A DNA stretch of 63,957 nucleotides, the filler included, from Caldilineae bacterium (GTDB lineage: Bacteria; Chloroflexota; Anaerolineae; DTLA01): NCBI GenBank assembly GCA_037446815.1. It is 9 parts of 9 records of this genome, joined end to end, with 100 filler letters (N's around TTAATTAATTAA, not from the genome) between each part and the next. Parts side by side here need not be neighbours in the genome. Positions count along the whole stretch, not along the records: positions 7,683 to 15,222 come from JBBIHX010000141.1; positions 15,323 to 22,653 come from JBBIHX010000142.1; 7 more parts are not named here. One strand, 5' to 3'. The position numbers were made by a program, and so were the translations under genes. Numbering within the stretch: the first letter of the stretch is position 1; each line of letters starts with the position of its first letter. Shown here one piece after another: positions 8,841 through 19,145 of this stretch. Below the pieces are notes generated by a model, which was not told the origin of the DNA, ran no database searches, and saw only the letters and a list, made by a program, of their open reading frames with translations.

Positions 8841-11800
8841 TTGAATGACAAGCCTTCTGCACCACGCGATCCTTGGACTTGCGATACCGCGCACGCCACT
8901 GCAACCATGAACACACCAAAGAGTCGCACCGGGCGCGGAGAGCAATCCGGGTCTCCTCGGTTCTCCCTGCGCGCTGCGACGCCCGTTTTCGTCGCCATCG
9001 GCCTCGTCCTAGCCGCTCTGTCAGCGCTTCTGGTGCGAATGGTGTCTGCCGCGCCCACCGCCTCCGAGGGCGGTAAGTGGCGGCTATCCTATCAACTGGA
9101 CTACAGCGGCGTGCCCGACTGGGTAACCCATCGCGACATCACTCTGCGCATCCGCGTGGGCGAGAGCGTAACTGCCCTGTCCGCCGAAACGGCCGCGGGA
9201 GCCATCTCCCACGTGTACGACCCCATCGCGGGCGTGGCGATCATCACCACCGACGCCCCGACGCTCACGGTCCGCCTTGCCGCCGATGCCGTCCCCGCGG
9301 ACTTCGGCGCCCCCTCCACGGCACCGCTCCTGCACAACAAACTCTGGGCCTACAGCATCACCGCCGACGACGGCTACGCATCGGCCTACGAGCACTTGCT
9401 CCCCATCCTGGGCCGCTACGGCTACCGCGGCTCCGTCGCGGTCATCGGGACGAACCTGGGCAAGACCAGCGGCGGCGTCCGCTACCTCACCCCGGAGCAA
9501 CTGCAAGCGCTGGTCGCCGCGGGCTGGGGCGTTACCAATCACACCTACAGCCACAAGCACTTCGCCGAGTATCCCAACACCGCAGCCCTAGTCGCCGATG
9601 TCCAGCGCAACAATCAAGTCATCAGCGACACCCTGGGCGGATTCCAGCCCCGCATCTTCACCTCGCCGTTCACAGAATCGCAGTTTGCGCCGGTAATCCG
9701 GGACAACCGCGCCACACTGGGCCTATACTTGGTGCAGCATCTGGGCTGGCGCGTCAACTACGTGGACCCGCCCACATTCTTGACTCCCGACTACTTCTGG
9801 ACCACGGGCCGCGACCGCATTGAGGAGTGGCACTACGACGACGCCCACCAGCGTGCCCTGGCCGATGGCGGAACCCCCCTGTGGCTCACCCACCACGTCC
9901 ACGACGAGGCGGGCTTGGACCCCATCTGCAACGCGGTGGAAATCGGCACCGATTACCTTTACCACCACTACGGCGCGGGCGGCACCGACGAGGTTTGGGT
10001 CGCGCCCGCCCAGGAGGTGTACGAGTACCTGGTTACCCGCGCCGCCATCACCGTGTCGCTCGTGGCCGTTGAACCGGACGACTCGGCGGCCCCATTGCCC
10101 GCGCCCAACATCACGCCGACGCCCACGCCCCTGCCCACCGTGTACACCCGCACCTTCTACCCTGTGGCCGACACGACTATTAGTTCCGACCAATGGTACG
10201 ACAACTTCGGAGATGACCATACCCTGCGCGTGCGTACCAAACGGGACGCCCCGAGCGTCAAATCCGCGCCCATCCGCTTTGACCTGTCCGCCGAAATCCC
10301 GACCTACGCCACGGTCATCACGGCGGAACTTCGGCTCTACAGCCTGAGCCAGAGCAACACGGCCTGGCTGTGCCTGGACCTGTACCGACTGAATCGGGCG
10401 TGGGACGAACACGCGGCCACGTGGGATCGCGCCACCACCGAAACACTGTGGGCCGTCCCTGGGGCCAATGGCGTGCCGGCCGACCGCGAAGGGACCCTCG
10501 CCACGGTGCGCTGCTGGGTACAAGCGGTGGACCGCTGGTACACGATGAACGGCAAGACGCTGGCCGAATACTGGGTACGCAACCCCGACAAGAACGCCGG
10601 CGTCCTCGTCAAGGGCAGCGGCGGCGCGTCGGTGGAGTATCAATTCGCGTCGCGCGAAGGGGAGCCCGACAAGCGGCCACGGCTGGTGGTCTCCTACGTG
10701 CTGCCGGAGCACGCCCCAACCCTCGCAGCGCCCACGGCCACGCCCGAATACGCCTGGCCGCTCAGAATGCGCGTCCTGTCCACTACGGGCACGCAGGGGT
10801 TTGCGTACAACGTGCGCGCGCGGGACGGCTACGCGTTCATCGCCAACGGGTCGCTGGGTAACCTGCGCGTCGTGGATGCGCGAATCCCGACATCCCCTGT
10901 CCTCCTGCCCAAGGACCCCAACACGACGGCGGGCGGCACCGCCCACAGCGTCTTCCTCCTCGGCGATCTGGCCCTCACCGGCGAGCGCACCGGTGGCATG
11001 CGCATCTACGACATCACGAACCCCGACAGCACCCGCTTCGTAACGCGCTTCCTCACCAGTGGCTCGGCCAAGGGCGTCGCGGCCTACGGCACCACCGCCT
11101 ACGTCGCCGACGAATACAGCGGCTTGCAAATCGTCAACATCGCCAACCCGCGCAGCCCCACCCTCATCAAGACCTTCAACATGAGCAACTTCTTCACCGA
11201 GGCCGTGGACACGGACGGCTCTTATGCCTATGTAGCCGCGCAACAGGGCCTCTTCGTCATCAACGTCAAGAACCCGTATGCCCCGCGGTACGAAGGCTCC
11301 ATCGCGCTCCCCGGCTACCCCTACGCCGTGCAGAAAGTGGGCAACCTGGCCTATGTCGCATGCGGCGGCAGCGGCGAAATCCCGTCCACACAGGGCGGCC
11401 TGCAAATCGTAGATGTTTCCACGCCCAATGCGCCGCGCATCGTGGGCTCCTACCGGCCCAGCACGCCCGTGCTCGGCGTGCGCGTCGTGGACAATCGCGC
11501 CTACTTCGCGGCCTACGATGGCGGCATTGTGGTGCTGGACGTAACCGACCCCGCCGCGCCTGTCCTCATCGGCGAGGCGGACACCCCCGGCAATGCTTGG
11601 GGCATTGACGTGCAGGGCGACCTGGCCTACGTGGCCGACGGCGAAGCGGGCCTCACCATCGTGGATGTGGGGCCGGTCCCCACGCCCACACCGACCGCCA
11701 CGCCGTCGCCCACGCCCACCGAGACCCCAACCCCCACGTGGACGCCAACCGAGACCCCAACGCCCACGCCAACCGAAACGCCTACCGCCATGCCGACCCT

Positions 11801-13298
11801 CACGCCGACCGCGACGCCGCGCCCGGCGCACCGACTCATCCTGCCCCTCGTCTGGCGCGACGGCGCGTTGCGGACGCAATCGCGGGCCAAGGCGCAGGAA
11901 GCGCCCATCGCCCTCGGCGCGCAATCCCTGTACGCCTCCGACGCCGACCGCTTCGGCGTGGGCGTAAGCCCCGTGTACGGGCGCATCACGGACTACGACG
12001 TGGCGCGCCTCCACGTCGGCTGGTACTCCGACTGGTGGTACAACGCCAATCCACCCCATCCAGACAACCTGGATTACGTGCAGGTTGTTTCGGTGCACCA
12101 CGACAAGTATCCGCCGGACTGGAACCGCCTGGCCCAGGCCATCGCCGCAAATCCGGGCGCGCTCTGGATCATCGGCAACGAGCCCGAAGGCGTCTGGCAG
12201 GGCAACCGCACACCCGCCGAGTACGCGCGCATCTACGGCACGCTGTACCGCTTCATCAAGTCTCGCGACCACACCGCCCAGATCGCCATCGGCGGCGTCA
12301 TTGAGCCGACACCCCTGCGCCTCCAGTGGCTAGACATGGTCATGGCCGAATACCAGAAGGTCTACGGCCACAAGATGCCCGTGGACGTGTGGAACATCCA
12401 CGTGCAAATCCTGCGCGAGAAGGGGCCATTCCCCGGCTGCAACGACTGCTGGGGCGCGGGCGTTCCGGCGGGCCTCACCGGCGTAACCCAGGGGCGCCTG
12501 TACGAGATTGAAGACAACGCCGATCCCGCCATCTTCCGCCAGTTGGTGCGCGAATTCCGATCGTGGATGAACGCCCGCGGCGAGCGCAACAAGCCCCTCA
12601 TCATCTCCGAGTATGGCGTGCTCATGCCGTCGGACTACCTGGCTCCCACCGTGGAAGAGGGCGACCTACTGGTGAAACAGTTCATGACCGAGACCTTTGA
12701 CTTCCTGCGCACGGCCGTGGACGCCAACCTCGGCTATCCGGCGGACGGCAACCGCCTGGTGCAACGCTGGCTCTGGTACAGCCTCAACGATTCGCCCGCG
12801 AACTTCAATGGCGGCCTTTTCCGCCACGACGACCCCGCGCAGATAACAACCTTCGGCGAGCACTTCGCGCAATACACCGCGCCGCTGGAGACGCCTTTCG
12901 CCGACCTGTCGGTGCGCTCGGTAGCGCTGACCCCCAACGTCCTGCAATCCGCGCCCCTCACGCTGACGGCCCGCGCCGAAATCGTCAACCTGGGCACGCA
13001 GGCCACAGGGCCGTTCATGGTCGCCTTCTACGAGGGCAACCCGCAGAGCGGCGGCGTGCTGAAGGCGCAGGTCGCCGTGGCAGGGGCAGCCGCCCGCTAC
13101 GACGCGCCGCCAGTCGTCGTGGAAGCGGCGTGGCCAACCGCGCCGGGCGTCCCAGGCCAGGCCCGCGAGGTGTACGTCGTCGCCGACAGCACCGGCGCCG
13201 TCGCCGAATCCAACGAGGGCAACAACGCCGCCACCCGCGCCGTTACCGCGCACGCGCGCTTCGTGCGCTACTTCCCGCTGGCGCTGAGGCTCTTCTGA
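8841..13298 (+). CDS. Large multidomain secreted carbohydrate-active protein (polysaccharide deacetylase, DNRLRE, LVIVD repeats, GH-like TIM barrel, CARDB)
   Basis: SITADDG and NHTYSH (CE4-like); AYVAD...GLQIVNI LVIVD repeats; IIGNEPE and IISEYG catalytic-Glu motifs; ESNEGNN CARDB; start codon uncertain. Confidence 0.8.
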   Translation: MNDKPSAPRDPWTCDTAHATATMNTPKSRTGRGEQSGSPRFSLRAATPVFVAIGLVLAALSALLVRMVSAAPTASEGGKWRLSYQLDYSGVPDWVTHRDITLRIRVGESVTALSAETAAGAISHVYDPIAGVAIITTDAPTLTVRLAADAVPADFGAPSTAPLLHNKLWAYSITADDGYASAYEHLLPILGRYGYRGSVAVIGTNLGKTSGGVRYLTPEQLQALVAAGWGVTNHTYSHKHFAEYPNTAALVADVQRNNQVISDTLGGFQPRIFTSPFTESQFAPVIRDNRATLGLYLVQHLGWRVNYVDPPTFLTPDYFWTTGRDRIEEWHYDDAHQRALADGGTPLWLTHHVHDEAGLDPICNAVEIGTDYLYHHYGAGGTDEVWVAPAQEVYEYLVTRAAITVSLVAVEPDDSAAPLPAPNITPTPTPLPTVYTRTFYPVADTTISSDQWYDNFGDDHTLRVRTKRDAPSVKSAPIRFDLSAEIPTYATVITAELRLYSLSQSNTAWLCLDLYRLNRAWDEHAATWDRATTETLWAVPGANGVPADREGTLATVRCWVQAVDRWYTMNGKTLAEYWVRNPDKNAGVLVKGSGGASVEYQFASREGEPDKRPRLVVSYVLPEHAPTLAAPTATPEYAWPLRMRVLSTTGTQGFAYNVRARDGYAFIANGSLGNLRVVDARIPTSPVLLPKDPNTTAGGTAHSVFLLGDLALTGERTGGMRIYDITNPDSTRFVTRFLTSGSAKGVAAYGTTAYVADEYSGLQIVNIANPRSPTLIKTFNMSNFFTEAVDTDGSYAYVAAQQGLFVINVKNPYAPRYEGSIALPGYPYAVQKVGNLAYVACGGSGEIPSTQGGLQIVDVSTPNAPRIVGSYRPSTPVLGVRVVDNRAYFAAYDGGIVVLDVTDPAAPVLIGEADTPGNAWGIDVQGDLAYVADGEAGLTIVDVGPVPTPTPTATPSPTPTETPTPTWTPTETPTPTPTETPTAMPTLTPTATPRPAHRLILPLVWRDGALRTQSRAKAQEAPIALGAQSLYASDADRFGVGVSPVYGRITDYDVARLHVGWYSDWWYNANPPHPDNLDYVQVVSVHHDKYPPDWNRLAQAIAANPGALWIIGNEPEGVWQGNRTPAEYARIYGTLYRFIKSRDHTAQIAIGGVIEPTPLRLQWLDMVMAEYQKVYGHKMPVDVWNIHVQILREKGPFPGCNDCWGAGVPAGLTGVTQGRLYEIEDNADPAIFRQLVREFRSWMNARGERNKPLIISEYGVLMPSDYLAPTVEEGDLLVKQFMTETFDFLRTAVDANLGYPADGNRLVQRWLWYSLNDSPANFNGGLFRHDDPAQITTFGEHFAQYTAPLETPFADLSVRSVALTPNVLQSAPLTLTARAEIVNLGTQATGPFMVAFYEGNPQSGGVLKAQVAVAGAAARYDAPPVVVEAAWPTAPGVPGQAREVYVVADSTGAVAESNEGNNAATRAVTAHARFVRYFPLALRLF

Positions 13299-13361
13299 TC
13301 TCCGGCGGTGTCCGCTCGCTCACGCAGGACAAATTGCCAATCCGCCCCGCGTGGCCCGGAA

Positions 13362-13390
13362 TTGCGCGGCCGACATCCCTCATCTATAAT
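13362..13390 (+). promoter_or_regulatory. Sigma70-type promoter of trmI
   Basis: TTGCGC-17bp-TATAAT. Confidence 0.5.
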
Positions 13391-13445
13391 GTCCCAGCGC
13401 AGTCCCATGCGCCATGCCTAGCCGCAACCTCAGGAGGTATCGCCG

Positions 13446-14303
13446 ATGAGCGTGGCCCGCGAAGGCGACGTGGTGCTCTTCATCTCCAAAGACCGCAAAC
13501 GATATCTGGTGCGCCTGGCACAGGACGGCGCGCTCCATACCAAGCACGGCGTCATCCCGCACGCCGACATCATCGGCCAGCCGCTGGGCCGCAAAGTCCT
13601 CACCCACCTCGGCGCCCCCTTCCTGGTGCTGGAGCCGACCACCGAAGACCTCATCCTGGAACTCAAGCGGGCGACGCAAATCATGTACCCGAAGGACATC
13701 GCCCACACGCTCATCAAACTGGGCGTGCAGGCGGGAAGCCGGGTCGTTGAGGCGGGCACAGGCAGCGGCGGGCTGACCTTGGCCCTGGCGCGGGCGGTCG
13801 GCCCCGGTGGCCGCGTCTACTCGTATGAGTCCAACCCGCAGGCCCTGGCCCTGGCCCGCAAGAATCTGGAGACGCTTGGGCTGCTGGATCGCGTGGAACT
13901 GAAAGAGCGCGACATCGCGCAGGGGTTTGACGAGACCGACGCGGACGCGCTGTTCCTGGACGTGCGCCACCCCTGGGAGTACCTGGAGCAGACGCGAGCG
14001 GCCCTCAAGCAGGGCGGCGTCTTCGGCGCCATCGTCCCCACCACCAATCAGGTTACCCAGTTGCTGGAGGGCCTGGCCCAGTTCGCCTTCGCCAACGTGC
14101 AGGTGGAAGAACTGTTCGTGCGCGAGTACAAGACCGTTCCCGGTCGGCTGCGTCCTATGGATCGCATGATCGCGCACACAGGATACCTCATCTTCGCCCG
14201 CTGCGTGGAGTCGCCCTTCGGCCAGGTCGTTGGCCATGGCGCGGGCAAGATCATCTGGCCCCCCGACGATTCCGAGACCCAAGACGACGAGGAGGAGGAA
14301 TGA
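13446..14303 (+). CDS. trmI: tRNA (adenine58-N1)-methyltransferase
   Basis: KRATQIMYPKD, VVEAGTGSGGLT, FLDVRHPW, LRPMDRMIAHTGYL motifs. Confidence 0.9.
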   Translation: MSVAREGDVVLFISKDRKRYLVRLAQDGALHTKHGVIPHADIIGQPLGRKVLTHLGAPFLVLEPTTEDLILELKRATQIMYPKDIAHTLIKLGVQAGSRVVEAGTGSGGLTLALARAVGPGGRVYSYESNPQALALARKNLETLGLLDRVELKERDIAQGFDETDADALFLDVRHPWEYLEQTRAALKQGGVFGAIVPTTNQVTQLLEGLAQFAFANVQVEELFVREYKTVPGRLRPMDRMIAHTGYLIFARCVESPFGQVVGHGAGKIIWPPDDSETQDDEEEE

Positions 14304-14575
14304 TGTTCCACCCAACGCGCCCGCGGCGGGCCGGCCTCACGCTCATCTACACGTCGCAAGGAATGCTGCCCGCCCAGGTCATCAAGACCAAACTGGAGGC
14401 AGCAGGCATCCCCGCGCTCCTGGAGTACGAGAGCGCGGGGCAAGCCATCGGCATCACCCTAGATGGGCTGGGCGAGGTGCACGTCTTCGTGCCGGATGCG
14501 TTTGCGGACGATGCGCGGCGCGTCCTTGAGGTGCAAGGCCCGCCCGACGAGGACGAAATCGGCGCCCAGGACTAA
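14300..14575 (+). CDS. DUF2007-like small protein
   Basis: AQVIKTKLEAAGIPA...GEVHVFVP pattern; ATGA overlap with trmI. Confidence 0.7.
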   Translation: MMFHPTRPRRAGLTLIYTSQGMLPAQVIKTKLEAAGIPALLEYESAGQAIGITLDGLGEVHVFVPDAFADDARRVLEVQGPPDEDEIGAQD

Positions 14576-14591
14576 ACGCCCGCTGCGCCGA

Positions 14592-15050
14592 CTACCCGAT
14601 TTTCGTGCCGCACTCAGGGCAGAACCGCGCGCCCTCGCTCAGTTTGGCGCCGCAATTCGGGCAGAAGCGCGGCGCAGCAGCGGCCGGCTCTGGAGTCTCG
14701 GGGGGCTGGGGCGCAGCGGCGGCTTCTTCGGCCTGTGCGGGCTCGGGCGCAGGCGCCTCCTCAAACTGCATCGCCTTCACCGCCGCGAGTTCCTGCTCCT
14801 TGGCGGCCACCTGTGCCTCCAACTCGCCGACCGTGCCAATCAGCGCCTCCAGGTCGGGGAACGAAGCGCCCGCGGCCTTCAGTTCCAGCACCTTATCGGC
14901 AATGGCGGCCTTGGCCTCCATCACCTGCGCTTTCAGTTTGGCGATTTCCGAGTTTAGCGCGTTCGTCCTGCGCAGTTTCTCGGCCTCAAACTTCGCCTGT
15001 TCCGCGGCCTTGCTCACGCCCTTCGCCAGTTTGTCAAACAGTGGTGGCAT
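14592..15050 (-). CDS. Coiled-coil protein with C-terminal double zinc ribbon
   Basis: FCPNCG...ARFCPECGTK; RBS AAGGAGG before ATG 15050. Confidence 0.8.
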   Translation of the reverse strand: MPPLFDKLAKGVSKAAEQAKFEAEKLRRTNALNSEIAKLKAQVMEAKAAIADKVLELKAAGASFPDLEALIGTVGELEAQVAAKEQELAAVKAMQFEEAPAPEPAQAEEAAAAPQPPETPEPAAAAPRFCPNCGAKLSEGARFCPECGTKIG

Positions 15051-15125
15051 CGCTCGCCTCCTTGGGGATTGGGTTCCGACAGCATTGTAGCACACTCCCG
15101 CCAACGTGTACAGCGCCACTACCCT

Positions 15126-15222
15126 ATTCGTGCGGCTTCGTGCTATTCGCGGATACCGTACCCCATTCGCGTGAATTCGTGGTTACGACCCGTCATTCTG
15201 AGGCGCGAAGCGCCGAAGAATC
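15126..15222. repeat. REP-like cluster at contig end
   Basis: ATTCGTG/ATTCGCG short repeats, then GTCATTCTGAGGCGCGAAGCGCCGAAGAATC. Confidence 0.65.
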
Positions 15223-15322
15223 NNNNNNNNNNNNNNNNNNNNNNNNNNNNNNNNNNNNNNNNNNNNTTAATTAATTAANNNNNNNNNNNNNNNNNNNNNN
15301 NNNNNNNNNNNNNNNNNNNNNN
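15223..15322. other. Artificial contig linker
   Basis: N44-TTAATTAATTAA-N44. Confidence 0.98.
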
Positions 15323-15480
15323 GGGTGAGGGGCGAGATTCTTCGCGGCTTCGCCGCTCAGAATGACAGTAGATGCCAACAGACTTTGGAACCGAGCCGCG
15401 GACTCGGTCTTGTCTTGTGTTGGTGGACTGGATGTAGATTCTCCCCGTGTGTCATTGCGGGCGGAGGAAGCATTGCAACA
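15323..15480. mobile_element. Partial head-to-tail MITE remnants
   Basis: Right TIR CCAACAGACTTTGGAACCGAGCC (15375-15397), then left TIR GACTCGGTCTTGTCTTGTGTTGG (15401-15423). Confidence 0.65.
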
Positions 15481-15501
15481 ATCTTGTTTTCGCAAGGTGA
15501 T

Positions 15502-15530
15502 TTGACATCCCTGGCCGAGCGTGCTATACT
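15502..15530 (+). promoter_or_regulatory. Near-consensus sigma70 promoter with extended -10
   Basis: TTGACA-17bp-TATACT, with TG at the extended -10 position. Confidence 0.7.
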
Positions 15531-15618
15531 CACGTGTGCAAAGATGACTGCTTGTCTTTGCCCGGGCGTCTCTAGGCCCGCGACTGCTTCACGAATACCA
15601 CGGAAACAGGAGTGGCAC

Positions 15619-15732
15619 ATGGCGGTGCTCACGCGGACACGTTCCAGTATCGCGCAAGCGCGGGCGAAGCAGAGACGCCGCGAAATCAAGCAGTGGATTA
15701 CCGCGTTTCCCTATCTGGCGCCCTCGCTTATC
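15619..15732 (+). pseudogene. 5' remnant of carbohydrate ABC transporter permease (UgpA/MalF-type), cut by IS
   Basis: RBS AGGAG; MAVLTR...RRREIKQWITAFPYLAPSLI resembles a CUT1 permease N-terminus; frame ends at the IS left end. Confidence 0.6.
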
Positions 15733-16905
15733 GGTAGTCTCCCCCAATCGTATTGATGTATAATGCACTACATCAATGCGATTGGAGGGTGCAAATGGAA
15801 CACGCGCGATTGGTCGCGCCCGCTTCCTTCTTTTGGAACCAGGATTGTCCGGATTACGGCAAGGTAGATCATGGCAATATCGTCAAGTTCGGTCGAACCA
15901 AGAAGGGGACTCAACGCTACCGCTGTAAGACGTGTGGCAAGACGCTTGTAGAAACGCAAGGCACCGTGTTCTACGGTCGTCACCACTCCCAGGAAACCAT
16001 CCTGGAGTGCCTGGCATTGTTAGCCGAGCGCAACAGTCTGGCGGCCATTCACCGGGTCAAAGGGATCAAGGAAGAGACGCTTTTGGATTGGTTGAGGGAA
16101 GCCGCCCGGCAAGTGGAAGCGATCGAAGCTCTTCTATTGGCCAATTACCCTCTCACGCGTGCTCAACTGGATGCCCTCTGGACGCATGTGGGTCACAAGG
16201 GGGAAAAGGGGGGCATCCAGAGGAAGATGACCGTGGCACCTTCTGGCGAGGGATCATTATTGACATAGACACGCGCTTGCGGGTAGGCCGATCCATCGGG
16301 AAGGGTGAAGATGAAGTGGCTGCAGCGTTGATGGCCCAACTCAAGGCTCGCGGTCATCCTGATGTGCCACCAGCCATCGCTACCGATGATCAGGGAAGCT
16401 ATCGGGAAGCGATGGTGGAGACTTGGGGGCAGGTGCCCGAATACACCGGGCGAGGGCGCCCGCCGGCGCACAAACAAGCCCAACCCGATTGGCGCTACCT
16501 CCAGGTCATCAAGCATCATTCCGGGAATCGCCTGACAGGGATCACGATCAAAGTCATCTATGGTGACCCGGAGGAGGTGCGAGATCTGCTGGGTGAGCAC
16601 ACGGCCTATGTCGAGCGTACCCACCTGACCTCCCGCCAGATGAACGGACGGCTGGTGCGCAAGACCTTGTCCTTTTCCAAAGAACGGGAGATGCTCGAGG
16701 CCGCTTGCGCTTGGGAGGATTGGGTATACAACCTGACTCGCCCTCTGAAAACCTTGCGCGTCGGGGTTGATGACGGGCAGCGCCGGTGGCAGCCCCGCTC
16801 ACCAGCCATGGCCGCCGGCTTGACCGATCATATTTGGACTGTTTAAAGAACTACTGATGACCCTCGTAGCCCCTGAGGCTGTCAACGCAAAATAGGGAGA
16901 CTACC
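15733..16905 (+). mobile_element. IS1-family insertion sequence (1173 bp)
   Basis: Terminal IRs GGTAGTCTCCC / GGGAGACTACC; overlapping insA/insB-like ORFs; lower GC than host; no flanking direct repeat. Confidence 0.85.
15795..16846 (+). CDS. IS1-family transposase (InsA+InsB joined by -1 frameshift near 16205)
   Basis: Zn ribbon CPDYG...QRYRCKTCG and HTH in frame 0; D(ALW)...ATDD...YVER DDE residues and [13 protein letters not shown] continue in the -1 frame; A_AAG_GGG at 16205-16211. Confidence 0.8.
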
Positions 16906-17216
16906 CGGAAGTGAAGAAGATTGACCCGCGCTTCAAGACGGGCGCGTTGCTGAGCAACACGACGCTATCGCTGAACGCCGCCAAGCCCCATGAGCAGTTT
17001 GTGGCCGATGTCATCGCGCAGACGGGCGCGGACTATATCATGCCCTCGTCGGCGGGGGTGTCGGACCTGCTGGTGAGTGCGGTTCACGCGCACGGTCTCA
17101 AGATCGGCGTGTGGACGGTGAACAGCCCGGGGGAAATGCGCCGCATGGCCGAGTGGGGCGTGGACGCGATCACGACAAACGATCCGATTGAACTCAAGAA
17201 AGTCTTGGGCAAGTGA
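16906..17216 (+). pseudogene. 3' remnant of glycerophosphodiester phosphodiesterase (GlpQ/UgpQ family)
   Basis: AVHAHGLKIGVWTVN...GVDAITTNDP C-terminal motif; N-terminal HRG catalytic region absent, frame starts at the IS right end. Confidence 0.8.
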
Positions 17217-17225
17217 GGGAGGACT

Positions 17226-18740
17226 ATGGCCGCAAAGTACGTCGCTGCAATAGACCAGGGGACAACCAGCACTCGGTTCATGATTTTTGACCACGAGGGG
17301 CGCGTGGTGGGCATCCACCAACTGGAACACCGGCAGATTTACCCGCAGGCGGGCTGGGTGGAGCACGACCCGCTGGAGGTGTGGGAGCGCACGCGCCAGG
17401 TGATCCGCGGCGCGCTGGATCAGGCAGGAGTCCATGCGCGCGACCTGGCCGCCATCGGCGTAACCAATCAGCGCGAGACGACGGTGGTCTGGGATCGGAA
17501 GACCGGCAAGCCCTACTACAACGCCATCGTGTGGCAATGCACCCGAACCAAGGACATTTGCGATGCCCTTGCGAAGGAGGGCGGGCAAGACCGCTTCCGC
17601 GCGAAGACGGGCTTGCCTCTGGCGACCTACTTCTCGGGCCCGAAGATTCGCTGGATTCTGGACAACGTGCCCGGCGTCCGTGCCGCGTCGGAGCGAGGGG
17701 ACGCGCTGTTTGGCAACATGGACACGTGGGTGATTTGGAATCTGACCGGCGGGCCTGACGGCGGCGCGCACGTAACCGACGTGTCCAACGCGAGCCGCAC
17801 CATGCTCATGGATTTGCGCACGCTGGACTGGGATGATGAAATCCTGGGCATCCTGGGCGTTCCGCGCGCTATGCTGCCCCGCATTCGGCCGTCCAGCGAT
17901 CCGGCGTTGTACGGGACGACGCCGAAGGATGGGCCGCTCGGCGCGGCGGTGCCGGTCTGCGGCGACCTGGGCGATCAGCAGGCGGCGCTGGTGGGCCAGA
18001 CGTGCTTCAGCCCGGGCGAGGCGAAGAACACCTACGGTACGGGGTGCTTCATGCTGCTGAACACCGGAACAGAGCCGGTTCCCAGCACTAGCGGATTGCT
18101 GACCACGTTGGGATACAAGATGGGCGACGCGCCCGCCGTGTACTGCCTGGAGGGATCCATCGCCATCACGGGCGCTTTGGTGCAGTGGCTGCGTGACAAC
18201 CTACGCTTCTTTGATTTCGCCAAGCACGTGGAGGATTACGCGCGCCAGGTTCAGGACAGCGGCGGCGTGTACATCGTCCCGGCGTTCTCGGGCCTGTTCG
18301 CCCCGTACTGGCGGAGCGATGCGCGGGGCGTCATCGTGGGGCTGACCCGCTACGTGAACAAGTCGCACCTGTGCCGCGCGGCGCTGGAGGCCACGGCGTA
18401 CCAGACGCGCGAGGTGCTGGACGCCATGGAGAAGGATTCGGGCGTGAAACTGGCGGCGCTCAAGGTGGACGGCGGGATGGTGCAGAACGAACTTCTGATG
18501 CAGTTCCAGGCCGACATCCTGGGCGTGCCGGTGGTGCGGCCGAAGGTGGCCGAGACCACGTCGCTGGGCGCGGCCTACGCGGCAGGGTTGGCCGTCGGGT
18601 TCTGGGGCGGCCTGGACGACCTGCGCAAGAACTGGGGCGTGGACAAGACCTGGGAGCCGCAGATGGACGCCGAGACCCGCGCGCGGTTATACCAGGGCTG
18701 GCTCAAGGCCGTGCAGCGCACCCTGGGCTGGGTGGAGTAG
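17226..18740 (+). CDS. glpK: Glycerol kinase
   Basis: [53 protein letters not shown]. Confidence 0.97.
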   Translation: MAAKYVAAIDQGTTSTRFMIFDHEGRVVGIHQLEHRQIYPQAGWVEHDPLEVWERTRQVIRGALDQAGVHARDLAAIGVTNQRETTVVWDRKTGKPYYNAIVWQCTRTKDICDALAKEGGQDRFRAKTGLPLATYFSGPKIRWILDNVPGVRAASERGDALFGNMDTWVIWNLTGGPDGGAHVTDVSNASRTMLMDLRTLDWDDEILGILGVPRAMLPRIRPSSDPALYGTTPKDGPLGAAVPVCGDLGDQQAALVGQTCFSPGEAKNTYGTGCFMLLNTGTEPVPSTSGLLTTLGYKMGDAPAVYCLEGSIAITGALVQWLRDNLRFFDFAKHVEDYARQVQDSGGVYIVPAFSGLFAPYWRSDARGVIVGLTRYVNKSHLCRAALEATAYQTREVLDAMEKDSGVKLAALKVDGGMVQNELLMQFQADILGVPVVRPKVAETTSLGAAYAAGLAVGFWGGLDDLRKNWGVDKTWEPQMDAETRARLYQGWLKAVQRTLGWVE

Positions 18741-18788
18741 GTGGGCCGGAGGGGCGCGCGCCGCGGTGCTCCGTGGGCGCGCCCAGCG

Positions 18789-19145
18789 TTAGCCGACAGA
18801 ACGGCGAATGCGGCACGCCTCCGGCGCGATGACGGTGAAGGCGTCTGTCATTTCGTCAGCGTGCTCGCGAATCGCGAGGGCCACCAATTCTGCCTTGTGT
18901 TCGGGAGGCAGACCGGCGAGACGTATCAGCACAATGCCGCGTGTGTGGAGACGCTGACGACAGACAATCTCTCCGACATCCTTGTCCGCAGTGAGCAGGA
19001 GGGCCGCTTCATGGTCAGCCAAAGCAAGCACCTCGCCGTCGGGTATGCCCGGTTGGGTCTCGGCTACATAGACGACGCGGTGGCCATCTCCGCGGAGGCG
19101 CTCAACGATCTGGCGGTCCACACTCTCGTCGGCGAGCAGATTCAC
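18789..19145 (-). CDS. DUF5615 PIN-like toxin
   Basis: MNLLADESV, D..VL..A, LLTADKD motifs; overlaps the DUF433 gene. Confidence 0.85.
   Translation of the reverse strand: MNLLADESVDRQIVERLRGDGHRVVYVAETQPGIPDGEVLALADHEAALLLTADKDVGEIVCRQRLHTRGIVLIRLAGLPPEHKAELVALAIREHADEMTDAFTVIAPEACRIRRSVG

Noticed and set aside
1847..12272. Long antisense ORFs (1847-3952, 9723-12272; likewise 47384-49270, 57422-58816)
   Set aside because: Shadow ORFs typical of high-GC coding DNA, opposite well-supported genes and without recognisable motifs.
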